DNA of 64,000 nt from an uncultured Acidobacteriota bacterium (GCA_963813155.1 CAWEYG010000005.1:1-64000); one strand, 5' to 3'; counted from the first letter of the stretch, positions 39,645-49,969 are shown. Notes: generated by a model not told the origin, from the sequence alone. A program made the numbers and translations.

Positions 39645-40681
39645 AAGTTCTCGGAATCGAGACTTCGTGCGACGAGACGTCCGTCGCGGTGATCGGCGGC
39701 GACGGGCGAATCCTCTCCAACGTCGTGTCGTCGCAGATGGAAATGCACGCCCGTTACGGGGGCGTCGTGCCGGAGATCGCTTCGCGCCACCATCTGGAGA
39801 ACATCTCTTCGGTCTTCGACGAGGCCCTGTCGCGGTCCGGCGCGTCCCTGGGCGAAGTCGATCTCGTCGCCGCGACGGCAGGCCCCGGATTGATCGGAGC
39901 GCTCCTCGTCGGGCTGTCGGCCGGCAAGGCGCTTGCGTTCGCGCAGGAAATTCCCTTCCAGCCCGTCTCGCATCTCGAGGGCCACCTCTTTTCGCCTTTT
40001 CTCTCCGCGCGGGGCGCCGCAGCTCGCGCGATTCTGTTTCCGTTCCACGGCCTCGTCGTATCGGGAGGCCACTCCGAGCTCGTTCGGGTCGAGGAGGAAA
40101 AGATCGTTCCGCTCGCCCGGGCGGGAGACGACGCCCCGGGCGAGGTTTTCGACAAGGTGGCGCGCCGGGCCGGCCTTGGCTACCCGGGCGGGCCGGTCAT
40201 CGACCGGATCGCGAGCCGCGGCGCGGCGGGCAAACACCGTTTCAAGGTCGGGCGATTCAACGACGGTTCGTTGAACTTCACGTTCTCCGGCCTGAAGACC
40301 CAGCTGATCCGGGAACTCGCCGCGCGGGGAATTTCCGGCGAAATTTCCGAAGACAACGTCGGCGGAGACCTCGCCGACCTGCTCGCCGGTTTCCAGCAAT
40401 CGATCGTGGATCAGCTGCTGGACCGCCTCGAAACGGTTCGCGTCCGCGAAGGAATGGAGCGTCTCGCTCTCTCCGGCGGGGTCGCCGCGAACTCGGAGCT
40501 CCGGGAACGAGCGGCCCGGTGGGGCGAAGAGCGCGGCGTCGAGGTCTTTCTTCCCGACCGCGCTCTCACGGGAGACAACGCCGCGATGATCGCCTTCGCG
40601 GGTCTGCTGAAGTTTCGCCGGGAAGGACCCCGGGGGTTTCTGTCGGTCAACGCGCGCTCGCGCTGGCCGCTCGGAAGTTAG
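39641..40681 (+). CDS. tsaD: tRNA threonylcarbamoyladenosine transferase TsaD
   Basis: LGIETSCDET, GGVVPEIASRHH, GPGL, HLEGH, VSGGH, DDA.GE.FDK, GGVAAN, DNAAMI. Confidence 0.96.
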   Translation: MKVLGIETSCDETSVAVIGGDGRILSNVVSSQMEMHARYGGVVPEIASRHHLENISSVFDEALSRSGASLGEVDLVAATAGPGLIGALLVGLSAGKALAFAQEIPFQPVSHLEGHLFSPFLSARGAAARAILFPFHGLVVSGGHSELVRVEEEKIVPLARAGDDAPGEVFDKVARRAGLGYPGGPVIDRIASRGAAGKHRFKVGRFNDGSLNFTFSGLKTQLIRELAARGISGEISEDNVGGDLADLLAGFQQSIVDQLLDRLETVRVREGMERLALSGGVAANSELRERAARWGEERGVEVFLPDRALTGDNAAMIAFAGLLKFRREGPRGFLSVNARSRWPLGS

Positions 40682-40716
40682 AAAATGCCCGACGACGCAC
40701 GACAAGGAGGCGCTCC

Positions 40717-42735
40717 ATGAGGACTCGGCTCGCGCTCTACGGCTTGATCTTCGCTGTCGCCGCTCTGCCGACCGGGAAACAACTCCGCGCCGCGCCCCCC
40801 GGAAACGCGGACTACTCGGTCCTGATCATGGATCAGCCGGCCGGAAAGCAGACCGTCCAGGCCCTGCCCGGGGGAGAACGGCTCCTTTCGTTCGAATTCA
40901 ACGACCGGGGCCGCGGCCCGAAGCTGACGTCCCTCATCTGGCTCGACGATTCGGGCGTCCCGAGCCGGATCGAGACCTCCGGAGTGAACTATCTGAAAGT
41001 TCCGGTCGAAGAATCCTTCGAGACCTCGGGGGGAACCGCGCGGTGGAAGAACCCGTCGGAGCGCGGGGAAAAACCGGCGAGCCCGAAAGCGTTCTACCTC
41101 AGCCTCAACGGCGCTCCCCAGGAGGTCGCGTTCCTCGCGCAGGCTTTGCTGCGCACGCCCGGCGGAAAGCTCCCTCTGCTCCCGGAAGGGGAAGCGGCAA
41201 TCGAGAAAGGACCGGAGCTCGCGCTCGATTCGGGCGGCGAAAAGAAAACCGTTCGGGAGTACCTCGTTTCCGGTCTCGATTTCACGCCGACGCCCGTCTG
41301 GATGGAAACCGACGGCACGTTTTTCGCCCTCGCGAGCGGATGGCAAACGGTAATCCTTACGGGCTGGCAGGGCTCGGTGGCCGCCCTCCTGAAGGCGCAG
41401 GACGCGGACGCGGCGGTTCGAACGACGGCTCGGGAAGCGACGCTCGCCCACCGGCCGTCCGGTCCGCTCGCCCTCGTCCATGGAGACCTCTTCGACGCGG
41501 AAACGGCCACGCTCCGCCGCGACTGGACCGTCGTTGTCGAAGGCGACCGGATCCGGGCCGCCGGGCCGGCGGCGCAGATTCCGATTCCTCCGGGCGCGGA
41601 GATTGTCGACGCGAAGGGGAAGACTCTCGTCCCGGGACTCTGGGACATGCACGTTCATCTGAGCGGCGATACGGACGGGGTCCTCGACCTCGCCGCCGGG
41701 GTCACGTCGGTGCGAGATCTCGCGAACGACACGGACCGCCTTCTCGAGTTGAAGCGCAAGTTCGACTCGGGGGAATCGGTGGGCCCCCGGATTCTCATGG
41801 CGGGATTCCTCGACGGGCGCGGCCCGTACGCCGGGCCCACGAAGGTTTTCGCAGACTCGGAAGAGGAAGCCCGAAGGGCGATCGAGAATTACGCGAGACT
41901 CGGATACGTGCAGATCAAGATCTACAGCTCGATCAAACCGGAGCTCGTCCCCTCAATCATTCGAATGGCACACGAGAAGCACCTGCGCGTGAGCGGGCAC
42001 GTGCCGGCCTTCATGACCGCCGAGCAATTCGTCGAGGACGGCGCCGACGAGATCCAGCACGTGAATTTTCTCTTTCTCAACTTCCTCTTCGACACCGTGA
42101 AAGACACTCGAACGCCGGCGCGATTCACCGCCGTCGCCGAAAACGCCGCGAAATTCGATTTCGGGTCGAAACGGTTCAAGGATTTCGTCGCTCTGCTGAA
42201 GGAACACCACACCGTCTCCGACCCGACGGTCGCAATCTTCGAAGACATGTTTCTGGGACGGCCGACAACGATCGCCCCGAGCCTGGAGCCGGTCGCCTCC
42301 CGGCTTCCCGCTCAGGTCCGCCGGGGGTTGTTGAACGCCGGGCTGCCGGTTCCGGCTGGCAAGGACGAGCTCTACCGTGATTCCGCCCGGGCGCTACTCC
42401 GAATGGTCGGCGAGCTGTACCGGGCCGGAATCACGATCGTGGCGGGCACCGACTCGGTTCCGGGGTTCACGCTCGATCGCGAGCTCGAGCTCTATGTCGA
42501 AGCGGGAATTCCCGCGCCAAAGGTCCTCCAGCTCGCGACCCTGGGGGCGGCCCGCGTGATGAAACGGGACAGCGACCTGGGCTCCGTCTCGGCGGGGAAA
42601 CTCGCCGATTTCATCCTGATCGACGGCGACCCTTCGACGAAAATCGGCGATATCCGACGCGTTTCGTGGGTCGTGAAAAACGGCGTCGTCTACGATTCGA
42701 AGAAGCTCTATGCGTCGATCGGTGTGAAACCGTGA
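40717..42735 (+). CDS. Secreted amidohydrolase-family protein
   Basis: Signal peptide; PGLWDMHVH, IKIY, SGH, IQH, AGTDS, GKLADFIL; GGAGG RBS. Confidence 0.9.
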   Translation: MRTRLALYGLIFAVAALPTGKQLRAAPPGNADYSVLIMDQPAGKQTVQALPGGERLLSFEFNDRGRGPKLTSLIWLDDSGVPSRIETSGVNYLKVPVEESFETSGGTARWKNPSERGEKPASPKAFYLSLNGAPQEVAFLAQALLRTPGGKLPLLPEGEAAIEKGPELALDSGGEKKTVREYLVSGLDFTPTPVWMETDGTFFALASGWQTVILTGWQGSVAALLKAQDADAAVRTTAREATLAHRPSGPLALVHGDLFDAETATLRRDWTVVVEGDRIRAAGPAAQIPIPPGAEIVDAKGKTLVPGLWDMHVHLSGDTDGVLDLAAGVTSVRDLANDTDRLLELKRKFDSGESVGPRILMAGFLDGRGPYAGPTKVFADSEEEARRAIENYARLGYVQIKIYSSIKPELVPSIIRMAHEKHLRVSGHVPAFMTAEQFVEDGADEIQHVNFLFLNFLFDTVKDTRTPARFTAVAENAAKFDFGSKRFKDFVALLKEHHTVSDPTVAIFEDMFLGRPTTIAPSLEPVASRLPAQVRRGLLNAGLPVPAGKDELYRDSARALLRMVGELYRAGITIVAGTDSVPGFTLDRELELYVEAGIPAPKVLQLATLGAARVMKRDSDLGSVSAGKLADFILIDGDPSTKIGDIRRVSWVVKNGVVYDSKKLYASIGVKP

Positions 42736-42754
42736 GCCGACGGGCCTTTCCGCG

Positions 42755-43294
42755 TCAAGATCTCGCCCGTCGGTACTCCCCGTCGAACGTCGGCTCCCAG
42801 GATTTCCCCCCGTCGCGGGAGATCTCGATTCGCTGGTGAATGCCGCCGCCCGAAAGGGGCGTCACCGTGCTCCGATCGAGGCGCGAAGTGCCATCCAGGC
42901 GGAGGACCTCTCCGAGGAAGCGGACCGAACCGTCCGGCAGGCCGTCGATCGAGTGCCTTTCCTTCGTCGGCCCGCTGTCGGAAATCCAGACCTGATGCCA
43001 CGTCCGGCGCGCTTTTTCATAGAAGAAAAGCTCGGCGATCTCTCCGCCGCCGTCGGAGTCGTGCCAGTCGACGGAGATCGCGCATCCCTTCAGGATCTTC
43101 TGAAGGACGCTGGTGCCTGCGAGTTTTCCGGTTTCGGTGTCGTAGACGCTCCATTTTCCTACCCAGAAGTCGAGAGTGCGAAACGCGGCATCCCTCTCGC
43201 AGGGGCTCGGCGCCCGAGGCGCTGGAACCCCGGCGCTCGAACCCGCGGCCAGGAAGACCGCGAGATTCGCGAGTTGCCAGGCTTTCCTCGTCAT
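42755..43294 (-). CDS. Secreted hypothetical beta-barrel protein (DUF1579-like)
   Basis: Signal peptide; LDFWVGKW.V, WHQVW, S.DGGKSW...FDG.Y. Confidence 0.75.
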   Translation of the reverse strand: MTRKAWQLANLAVFLAAGSSAGVPAPRAPSPCERDAAFRTLDFWVGKWSVYDTETGKLAGTSVLQKILKGCAISVDWHDSDGGGEIAELFFYEKARRTWHQVWISDSGPTKERHSIDGLPDGSVRFLGEVLRLDGTSRLDRSTVTPLSGGGIHQRIEISRDGGKSWEPTFDGEYRRARS

Positions 43295-43416
43295 GCGCTT
43301 CAGGCTACTCTTCCAGCAACGAGACGGCTATCGGGTTCTTGCCCGCAGAATTGCGACAGCGCCCGACCCGGAGTTCTTGTAGAGTTCCCGCTATTGACCG
43401 GAATTGAGGTGAATCG

Positions 43417-43947
43417 ATGAGGGGAACCGTCGTCTCCGGACATCCCGGTTCGAACGAGCACGCGCCGTTCTACGACAAGTACACGCGACTCGTGCCCGAA
43501 TCCGACCTCGCTGCGGGTCTCGAAACCCAGCTCCCCGACACCCTCGCGCTCTTCCGATCGATTCCCGAGTCACGCGCCGAACACCGGTACGCGCCGGACA
43601 AGTGGTCCGTCTCCCAGGTCCTCCGGCACATCGTCGACAGTGAACGCGTCTTCGGCTTTCGGGCATTCTGGTTCGCCCGCGCCGCGGGAACAGAATTGCC
43701 GGGCTTCGAGCAGGACGATTTCATGCGGACGTCGCCGCCGGGCGAGGAGCTCGGCCGCCTCGCTCGCGAATTCGAGCAGCTCCGCCGAAGCCACATACTC
43801 CTCTTCGAGTCGCTCGATCCGGAGGCGTGGCTCCGAACGGGCGTCGCCAGCGGCCACCCGGTTTCGGTTCGCGCGCTCGCCGCGATCATGGTCGGACACG
43901 TTCGCCACCACGAGGCGATCCTGCGCGAGCGTTACCTCGCGCGCTAG
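43417..43947 (+). CDS. DinB/YfiT-like four-helix metalloprotein
   Basis: YAPDKWS..QVLRHIVD.ERVF, LPGFEQD, GHVRHH. Confidence 0.9.
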   Translation: MRGTVVSGHPGSNEHAPFYDKYTRLVPESDLAAGLETQLPDTLALFRSIPESRAEHRYAPDKWSVSQVLRHIVDSERVFGFRAFWFARAAGTELPGFEQDDFMRTSPPGEELGRLAREFEQLRRSHILLFESLDPEAWLRTGVASGHPVSVRALAAIMVGHVRHHEAILRERYLAR

Positions 43948-43961
43948 CGTTTCGAGAACGC

Positions 43962-45041
43962 TTGCGTTCGTTCGTAAAGTTTCTGCTGATCCTCGGGGCG
44001 ACGATGACGGCGGCCGCCGCGGCCGCCCTTCTCGCGACGGCGGGACTGGGATACTTCCTCTCGGCGCCCCGCTGGCGGGGACCCCGGAGCGATCATTTCG
44101 ACGGCCGGAGGTTCTTTCTGCCCGGTGCGCCGAAGAGATCGGGCGGCTTCGGGAGCTTCCTGCGGTTTCTCTTCACCCGAAAGCCGGCGCCCTGGCCGCC
44201 GTATCGCGACGAAGCCCCCGGCCCGGCTCCCCCGCGAGAGGCCGGTTCCGGCGCGCTGCGCGCGACAGCGATCAACCATGCAACGGTCCTGCTGCAGCTC
44301 GACGGCGTGAACGTTCTCACCGACCCGATCTGGTCGGAAAGGGCGAGCCCGTTTTCTTTCCTGGGCCCGCGGCGCGCGCGGCCGGCGGGAATCCGCTTCG
44401 AAGATCTCCCTCGAATCGACGCGGTCGTTCTTTCGCACAACCACTACGACCACCTCGACCTGCCGACTCTTCGCCGCATTCGCGCGAGGTATCCGACGGC
44501 CCGGATCCTCGCGGGGCTCGGCGTGCGCGCGTTCCTCGAGAGCCGCGGAATCGCCGGCTCCGAAGAATTCGACTGGGGGAACGCGACGGAGATCGGCGGC
44601 GTCCGAATTCTCTGCGTTCCGGCCCGGCACTTTTCGAGCCGCGGCGCCTTCGACCGCGACGCGACACTCTGGTGCGCATGGGTGCTCGAAGGAAAGGGCG
44701 GGAACGTGTATTTCGCGGGCGACACGGCGTACGGGCCCCACCTCCGCGAGACGGGACGGAGGTTCGGCCCATTTCGCCTCGCGCTGCTTCCGATCGGAGC
44801 GTACGAGCCGCGCTGGTTCATGGGCCCGGTCCACGAGAATCCCGCCGAGGCTGTCCAGGCGATGAAGGACCTGGGCGCGGCCGAGGCGATCGGGATCCAC
44901 TATGGAACGTTTCGGCTGACCGACGAGGGAATCGATCGGCCTGTGACCGATCTCGAAGCGGCCCTCTCGAGAGAAAACCCGCGCCCGCGCTTTCTCGCCC
45001 CCCGGTTCGGCGAAGGGATCGACGTCCCGCCGCTGCGTTGA
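43962..45041 (+). CDS. MBL-fold metallo-hydrolase (NAPE-PLD/RomA-like); start uncertain
   Basis: HATVL, LTDPIWS, SHNHYDHLD, PARHFS, FAGDT, LPIGAYEPRWF, IHYGTF. Confidence 0.9.
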   Translation: MRSFVKFLLILGATMTAAAAAALLATAGLGYFLSAPRWRGPRSDHFDGRRFFLPGAPKRSGGFGSFLRFLFTRKPAPWPPYRDEAPGPAPPREAGSGALRATAINHATVLLQLDGVNVLTDPIWSERASPFSFLGPRRARPAGIRFEDLPRIDAVVLSHNHYDHLDLPTLRRIRARYPTARILAGLGVRAFLESRGIAGSEEFDWGNATEIGGVRILCVPARHFSSRGAFDRDATLWCAWVLEGKGGNVYFAGDTAYGPHLRETGRRFGPFRLALLPIGAYEPRWFMGPVHENPAEAVQAMKDLGAAEAIGIHYGTFRLTDEGIDRPVTDLEAALSRENPRPRFLAPRFGEGIDVPPLR

Positions 45042-45057
45042 ATCGGAAAGCGCGAAA

Positions 45058-45264
45058 TCAGTCCTTGCGCGTTCTGCTCTCTTTGCCGAGGCGATAGACG
45101 CCCAGGATCTCCAGCCCCAGACAGAGGCCGTACCAGACGCCTCGAACGAAGTCGTTGGACAGGATGGCCGGGTGCGCGACGCGCAGGACGAGCCAGTAGA
45201 GGGCCATTCCGAGCAACCCGATGGAAACGAGCAGGATAGGGCGCGGCCGGCTTTTCGAGTCCAT
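45058..45264 (-). CDS. Small two-TM membrane protein
   Basis: Two hydrophobic segments; TAGAAT 6 nt upstream of the ATG. Confidence 0.65.
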   Translation of the reverse strand: MDSKSRPRPILLVSIGLLGMALYWLVLRVAHPAILSNDFVRGVWYGLCLGLEILGVYRLGKESRTRKD

Positions 45265-45357
45265 CGCGAGATTCTATCCCGCCGCGAGGGCAGGGTTTGA
45301 AAACGCGCGCTCCGAAGCGGATAATTTCCCGCGCCCAACATCGACGAAGGAGGTTCC

Positions 45358-46740
45358 ATGTACGGAAACGTTGCACGGTCCATCGCCGCCGCGGCGCTGT
45401 GTCTTTCGGCGGCCTTTGCATCCGGAGAATCCGCCGCGCGCCGCGAAAGCCTCTCGTCCAATGAAATCGCCGCCGCGCCCGGCGCCGGCGTCCTGATGCC
45501 GGTCATCGGGCGCCTCTTCGGCTCGGGCAACGTGCTCTTCACGACGACGCTCGACGTCGCGAACTTCACGACGAGTCCGGTGACGGTCCACTTCACGTTT
45601 CACGGCGCGGACGTGAAAACCGGCGCCGCAATCTCCTTTCTCGACAACTTCGCCAACGACGGCGGCTCGAAGATTCGTGCATTTTCCGACGTTCGCATCG
45701 ACGATTTCATCGACGCGATGGAGAAAAAAGGTTCGATTACGGCGGCGCAGGAGGCGGACGGCGTGCTCGGCTCGATGGTCATCGTCTTCGAGGGCGTCGA
45801 TCCGAATACAGCGGCGGGCGACCAGATCGCCGCCCGCGCACGGTTCTTCTCGAGCGAGTTCGGCGGGACGATCGGCGTCTCGCTCAACGGGCATTTGTTC
45901 ACCGGCAGCGAAACCACCGCCGTCGCCGGCTCGTTCTCCGACACGCGAACGATCGCGAACACGCCGCAGCTCTATTCGAACATTTTCCTGTCGAATTTCG
46001 GCCAGCTCTCCAACGGCCAATTCCTCTCGAGCAACGACACCGTCAAGATCCAGGCCTTTTCGAGCGTCACCGGACAGCCGATCGGGACGCCGCTGACCGT
46101 TTCGCTCCCTTCGTTTCAGACTCTTTCGACGTCCCTTTCGGCGCTCGGCGTTCCGGAGGGAGCGGGAGCCGTCATCGTCCTCGCAAAGGCGACGAGCGGC
46201 CAGGGCATGCTCCTGGGCGTCGGCGCCGAAGTCGACGACGGGACGAAAGATCCCTCCGGCTTCGACATGAACAACGTTCCAGCTTCGAGCACCGGGCCGA
46301 CGCCCATTTCCAACGGAGATCTCATCTCGCAACTCGCGGGCAACTGGTCGGGCACCTGGACGAACAACACGTTTTCGACGACCGGGTCGGTCACCCTCGC
46401 CATCTCAGTCAACCCCTCGACCAAGGCGTACTCGATCACCGCGACTCTCGGCGGAAACGTCTTCGGTTCAAGCCCGCCTCCGCCCCAGACATTCTCCGGT
46501 ACCTATTCGACGTCGACCGGCATCTCATACTCGGCCCACAGCGACGCGCTGGGCGACTTCGGTTTCACAATCTCGCAGGCGGGCGCGATCAGCGGAAGCG
46601 CGACGAACATTGCAAGTCCGAACGTCAGCAGCCTCACCTTCAGCGGCACCGCGACGCCAACGACGATGAGCATCAACTACAGCCTGACGCTGAAGGCGGG
46701 CGGAACCGCAACAGGGGTGGCAACGGTGACGCACAACTGA
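45358..46740 (+). CDS. Secreted hypothetical protein with Ser/Thr-rich C-terminal beta domain
   Basis: AAGGAGG RBS, signal peptide, strong GC3 bias. Confidence 0.85.
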   Translation: MYGNVARSIAAAALCLSAAFASGESAARRESLSSNEIAAAPGAGVLMPVIGRLFGSGNVLFTTTLDVANFTTSPVTVHFTFHGADVKTGAAISFLDNFANDGGSKIRAFSDVRIDDFIDAMEKKGSITAAQEADGVLGSMVIVFEGVDPNTAAGDQIAARARFFSSEFGGTIGVSLNGHLFTGSETTAVAGSFSDTRTIANTPQLYSNIFLSNFGQLSNGQFLSSNDTVKIQAFSSVTGQPIGTPLTVSLPSFQTLSTSLSALGVPEGAGAVIVLAKATSGQGMLLGVGAEVDDGTKDPSGFDMNNVPASSTGPTPISNGDLISQLAGNWSGTWTNNTFSTTGSVTLAISVNPSTKAYSITATLGGNVFGSSPPPPQTFSGTYSTSTGISYSAHSDALGDFGFTISQAGAISGSATNIASPNVSSLTFSGTATPTTMSINYSLTLKAGGTATGVATVTHN

Positions 46741-46775
46741 GGCCGCGAGGACTCCCGCGGAAGAGTCCCGACTCG

Positions 46776-47297
46776 CTACGTCCCGCGATTCTCGACCCAG
46801 ACGTACGTATCCAGGTAGACGCGGTCGATTTTCCACTTCCGGGACAGCTCCAGCGCGAACGCCTGATACGTCTCGCTCGTCACCGGATAAAGATGTTTCA
46901 CCCCCGGCCAGGGCGGCAGTTTCTTCGGTCCGGCGATATCGAGGAGCGCCCGCGCGACGACTCCGTCGAGCGGCAGCTCGTAGAACGGCTTCGCGACTTC
47001 CAGGTTGAACCGGGGCGCGAGGTGGGAGTTGTAAAACGCATCGCGCAGGAAGATGTTCAGGCACTTTCGCGCGAGGCCCCAGCTGCGCGCCGGCTTCGGA
47101 AACGCCATCGCGAGGTCTTCCGTCGCGGAGTCCAATGCGTTCCGAAAGGAGGATTCGGTCGAACGCGCGAACGACCGCAGCGGAACTTCGGAGAGAAATT
47201 CCTGCGCGGCCGCGACGACTCCGGCCGCGCCCTGACCGCGTACCGTCGCCGGCCCGACCGCGAACACGGCCACGTGCCGCTGGATGGCGGGGATCAG
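46776..47297 (-). CDS. Hypothetical protein, possibly alpha-helical DNA glycosylase-like; start uncertain
   Basis: WGLARKCLNIFLRD, ELPLD, YQ, RVYLDTYVW; the 3' part of the ORF-track entry is clearly protein-like. Confidence 0.6.
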   Translation of the reverse strand: MIPAIQRHVAVFAVGPATVRGQGAAGVVAAAQEFLSEVPLRSFARSTESSFRNALDSATEDLAMAFPKPARSWGLARKCLNIFLRDAFYNSHLAPRFNLEVAKPFYELPLDGVVARALLDIAGPKKLPPWPGVKHLYPVTSETYQAFALELSRKWKIDRVYLDTYVWVENRGT

Positions 47298-47605
47298 TGG
47301 GAGCGTGATCCGCTCCCCGAAAGGCGGCGGGACTCGGCATCCTTCCAGTTCCACCACTTCAGCTTCTCCGGGTCGCGCTGGCGCGTGCTCGCGTAGTAGA
47401 CGGCGCAGCGGAAGACGTAGAGGAGGCAGCGATCCTGGGGCTGGCCGCGCAGAGCGCAGACCGCCTCGTAGATCGCCTCCGGGTTCTTGCGGCGCAGGTC
47501 GGAGACGCGCCGGAACCCCACGTCGAGGAGGTCCTGCGCGATCGAAGGGCCGACGCCGGGAATCGTCCGGAGATCGCTGGCGGAAGTCGTTTTCTCGTTT
47601 CTCAT
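47294..47605 (-). CDS. Cdd1/mitomycin-resistance-like helix-hairpin-helix protein
   Basis: LRTIPGVGPSIAQDL, DRCLLYVFRCAVYYA, KWWNWKD. Confidence 0.85.
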   Translation of the reverse strand: MRNEKTTSASDLRTIPGVGPSIAQDLLDVGFRRVSDLRRKNPEAIYEAVCALRGQPQDRCLLYVFRCAVYYASTRQRDPEKLKWWNWKDAESRRLSGSGSRSH

Positions 47606-47617
47606 GGCGCGGCATTA

Positions 47618-47639
47618 TACGCCTTTCTTACGCCTTTCT
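47618..47639. repeat. 11-bp tandem repeat between divergent -10 boxes
   Basis: TACGCCTTTCT x2; TATAAT (minus, 47614-47619) and TAGAAT (plus, 47644-47649) flank it. Confidence 0.75.
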
Positions 47640-47655
47640 GGAATAGAATGGGGAT

Positions 47656-47856
47656 GTGAAGAGAGTTGAACTCGCTGCATTGCGTCGCCACTTTTCGGCT
47701 GCGGTTCGTACAGCGAAAACGGGAGAGCCGCTGCTCGTGACGGAGCGAGGCAAATTCATCGGCTGGCTACTTCCGCACGACCAGCCGAAACCGCCTCACA
47801 TTCCTGCCGATTTCTCGAGCGTGGCGCCGTTCAAGCCCTCGCGGCGTTCTCGCTAA
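47656..47856 (+). CDS. Phd/YefM-family antitoxin-like protein, no adjacent toxin
   Basis: LRRHFSAAVR.AKTGEPLLVTERGK.IG.LLP matches the Phd N-terminal pattern. Confidence 0.75.
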   Translation: MKRVELAALRRHFSAAVRTAKTGEPLLVTERGKFIGWLLPHDQPKPPHIPADFSSVAPFKPSRRSR

Positions 47857-47925
47857 CCTCGCCGCTTCGCGAATCGAGTCGGCCCGGCGGGGCGAGCATT
47901 TCGCCTATGATTGCGGGTTCTAGCA

Positions 47926-49725
47926 ATGACCGACCCCAAACTCATCCGCAACTTCTCGATCGTGGCGCACATCGACCATGGCAAGACGACGCTGTCGGAC
48001 AGGATCCTGCAGCTCTGCGGGGCGGTCTCGGATCGGGAGATGGGCGAGCAGATGCTCGACGACATGGAGCTCGAGCAGGAGCGCGGGATCACGATCAAGG
48101 CGCGTTCCGTCACGCTGCAGTACAAGGCGAAGGACGGGCAGACCTACACGTTCAACCTGATCGACACTCCCGGGCACGTCGATTTCTCCTACGAGGTCTC
48201 TCGGTCGCTCGCCGCCTGCGACGGCGCGGTCCTCGTCGTCGACGCCACCCAGGGCGTCGAGGCGCAGACGCTCGCCAACGCGTACCTCGCGATCCACAAC
48301 AATCTGGAAATCATCCCGATCATCAACAAGATCGACCTGCCGTCCGCCGAGCCCGACAAGGCGAAGGAGCAGATCGAGCAGGTCGTCGGGTTGCCGGCGC
48401 ACGACGCGATCCTCGTCTCGGCGAAACAGGGAGTCGGCGTTCCGGAGCTTCTCGAGCGAATCGTCGAGCGGATTCCCCACCCGAAAGGGAATCCCGGCGC
48501 GCCGCTGAAAGCCCTGCTGTTCGACTCCTGGTACGACCCCTACCGCGGTGTGACGTCGCTCGTCCGGGTGATCGACGGAACGCTCCGGCCGAGGCAGAAG
48601 ATCCGCTTCATGAACACGGGGCTGGAGGTGGAAGTCGAGGAGGTCGGGATCTTTTCGCCAAAGCCCCAGTCGGTGCCCGAGCTTTCGGTCGGCGAGGTGG
48701 GCTTCCTGTGGGCCAACGTGAAGGACCTCCACTCCACGAAGATCGGCGACACCGTCACCGACGCTCGCCACCCGACGGCCGCGCCGCTGCCCGGCTTCGA
48801 GGAAGCCAAGCCGATGGTGTTCTCCGGCCTCTTTCCGACCGACGCGGACGACTACCCGAACCTTCGCGACGCGATGGAAAAGCTGCGGTTGAACGACGCG
48901 TCGTTCACGTGGGAGCCGGAGACCTCGACGGCCCTGGGCTTCGGCTTTCGCTGCGGCTTTCTCGGCCTGCTCCACATGGACATCGTGCAGGAGCGGCTCG
49001 AGCGCGAGTTCAACCTCGAGCTGATCACGACGGCGCCGTCGGTCAACTACCGCGTGAAGACGACGACCGGCGACCTGATCGACGTCGACAACCCGGCCAA
49101 GCTGCCTCCGCCCCAATCGATCGACCGGATCGACGAGCCTTTCATCACCGCGACGATCATCACGCGAGACGATTTTCTCGGCGGCCTGCTGAAGCTCTGC
49201 GAGGACCGCCGCGGAACGCAGATCGCGATGGAGTACCTCTCGGCCAATCGCGTCGTCCTGACCTATGACTTTCCCTTGAACGAAATCGTGCTCGATTTCT
49301 ACGACAAGCTGAAATCGCTCTCGAAGGGCTACGCGTCGTTCGATTACCAGCTCTCGGGCTACCGCGAGGGAAAGCTCGTCAAGCTCGACATCCTCGTCAA
49401 CGGCGAGCCGGTCGACGCGCTGTCCCTGATCGTCCACGCGGAGGAAGCGCCCGTCAAGGGTCGCGAGCTCGCGAAGAAGATGCGGGAGATCATCCCGCGA
49501 CAGATGTTCGAGGTCGCGATCCAGGCGGCGATCGGCGCGAAAATCGTCGCGCGGGAGACGATTTCGGCGCTCCGAAAGAACGTCATCGCGAAGTGCTACG
49601 GCGGCGACATCACGAGGAAGAAGAAGCTCCTCGAAAAGCAGAAGGAAGGAAAGAAGAGGATGAAACGCGTCGGCCGGGTCGACATCCCTCAGGAGGCCTT
49701 CCTCGCCGTGCTGAAGGTGGACTAA
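47926..49725 (+). CDS. lepA: Elongation factor 4
   Basis: [58 protein letters not shown]. Confidence 0.98.
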   Translation: MTDPKLIRNFSIVAHIDHGKTTLSDRILQLCGAVSDREMGEQMLDDMELEQERGITIKARSVTLQYKAKDGQTYTFNLIDTPGHVDFSYEVSRSLAACDGAVLVVDATQGVEAQTLANAYLAIHNNLEIIPIINKIDLPSAEPDKAKEQIEQVVGLPAHDAILVSAKQGVGVPELLERIVERIPHPKGNPGAPLKALLFDSWYDPYRGVTSLVRVIDGTLRPRQKIRFMNTGLEVEVEEVGIFSPKPQSVPELSVGEVGFLWANVKDLHSTKIGDTVTDARHPTAAPLPGFEEAKPMVFSGLFPTDADDYPNLRDAMEKLRLNDASFTWEPETSTALGFGFRCGFLGLLHMDIVQERLEREFNLELITTAPSVNYRVKTTTGDLIDVDNPAKLPPPQSIDRIDEPFITATIITRDDFLGGLLKLCEDRRGTQIAMEYLSANRVVLTYDFPLNEIVLDFYDKLKSLSKGYASFDYQLSGYREGKLVKLDILVNGEPVDALSLIVHAEEAPVKGRELAKKMREIIPRQMFEVAIQAAIGAKIVARETISALRKNVIAKCYGGDITRKKKLLEKQKEGKKRMKRVGRVDIPQEAFLAVLKVD

Positions 49726-49733
49726 AAGCTAGC

Positions 49734-49943
49734 TTACGAGAACGTCTTCTTGGCCCGCTTCCGGTCGGCCTCGCGCCTCAGGAACGGCGTCGGGACCTGG
49801 CGGCGTCGGCGGTCCGGCCCGTTGTATTGAAGGGGAGGCTTCCGCTTCGTCATGCAGCGGGAGCAGACGGGATCGCCGTCGACCATGTAGATGACCCCCT
49901 CGGCGCCGCAGTCCGTGCACTTCAGTTTGGCGTCGTCGCTCAC
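49734..49943 (-). CDS. 69-aa C4 zinc-finger protein with Arg-rich tail
   Basis: CTDC-x14-CSRC then YNGPDRRRR; GGAGG RBS. Confidence 0.7.
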   Translation of the reverse strand: MSDDAKLKCTDCGAEGVIYMVDGDPVCSRCMTKRKPPLQYNGPDRRRRQVPTPFLRREADRKRAKKTFS

Positions 49944-49969
49944 GAAACCTCCCCTTGCAAGACTAACGC

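Noticed and set aside
39247-40716. N-terminal extension of the amidohydrolase, and similar extensions of cysK, panC, panD, ubiA and dinB
   Set aside because: Arg/Pro-rich off-frame read-through across neighbouring real genes; internal starts fit the family N-termini.
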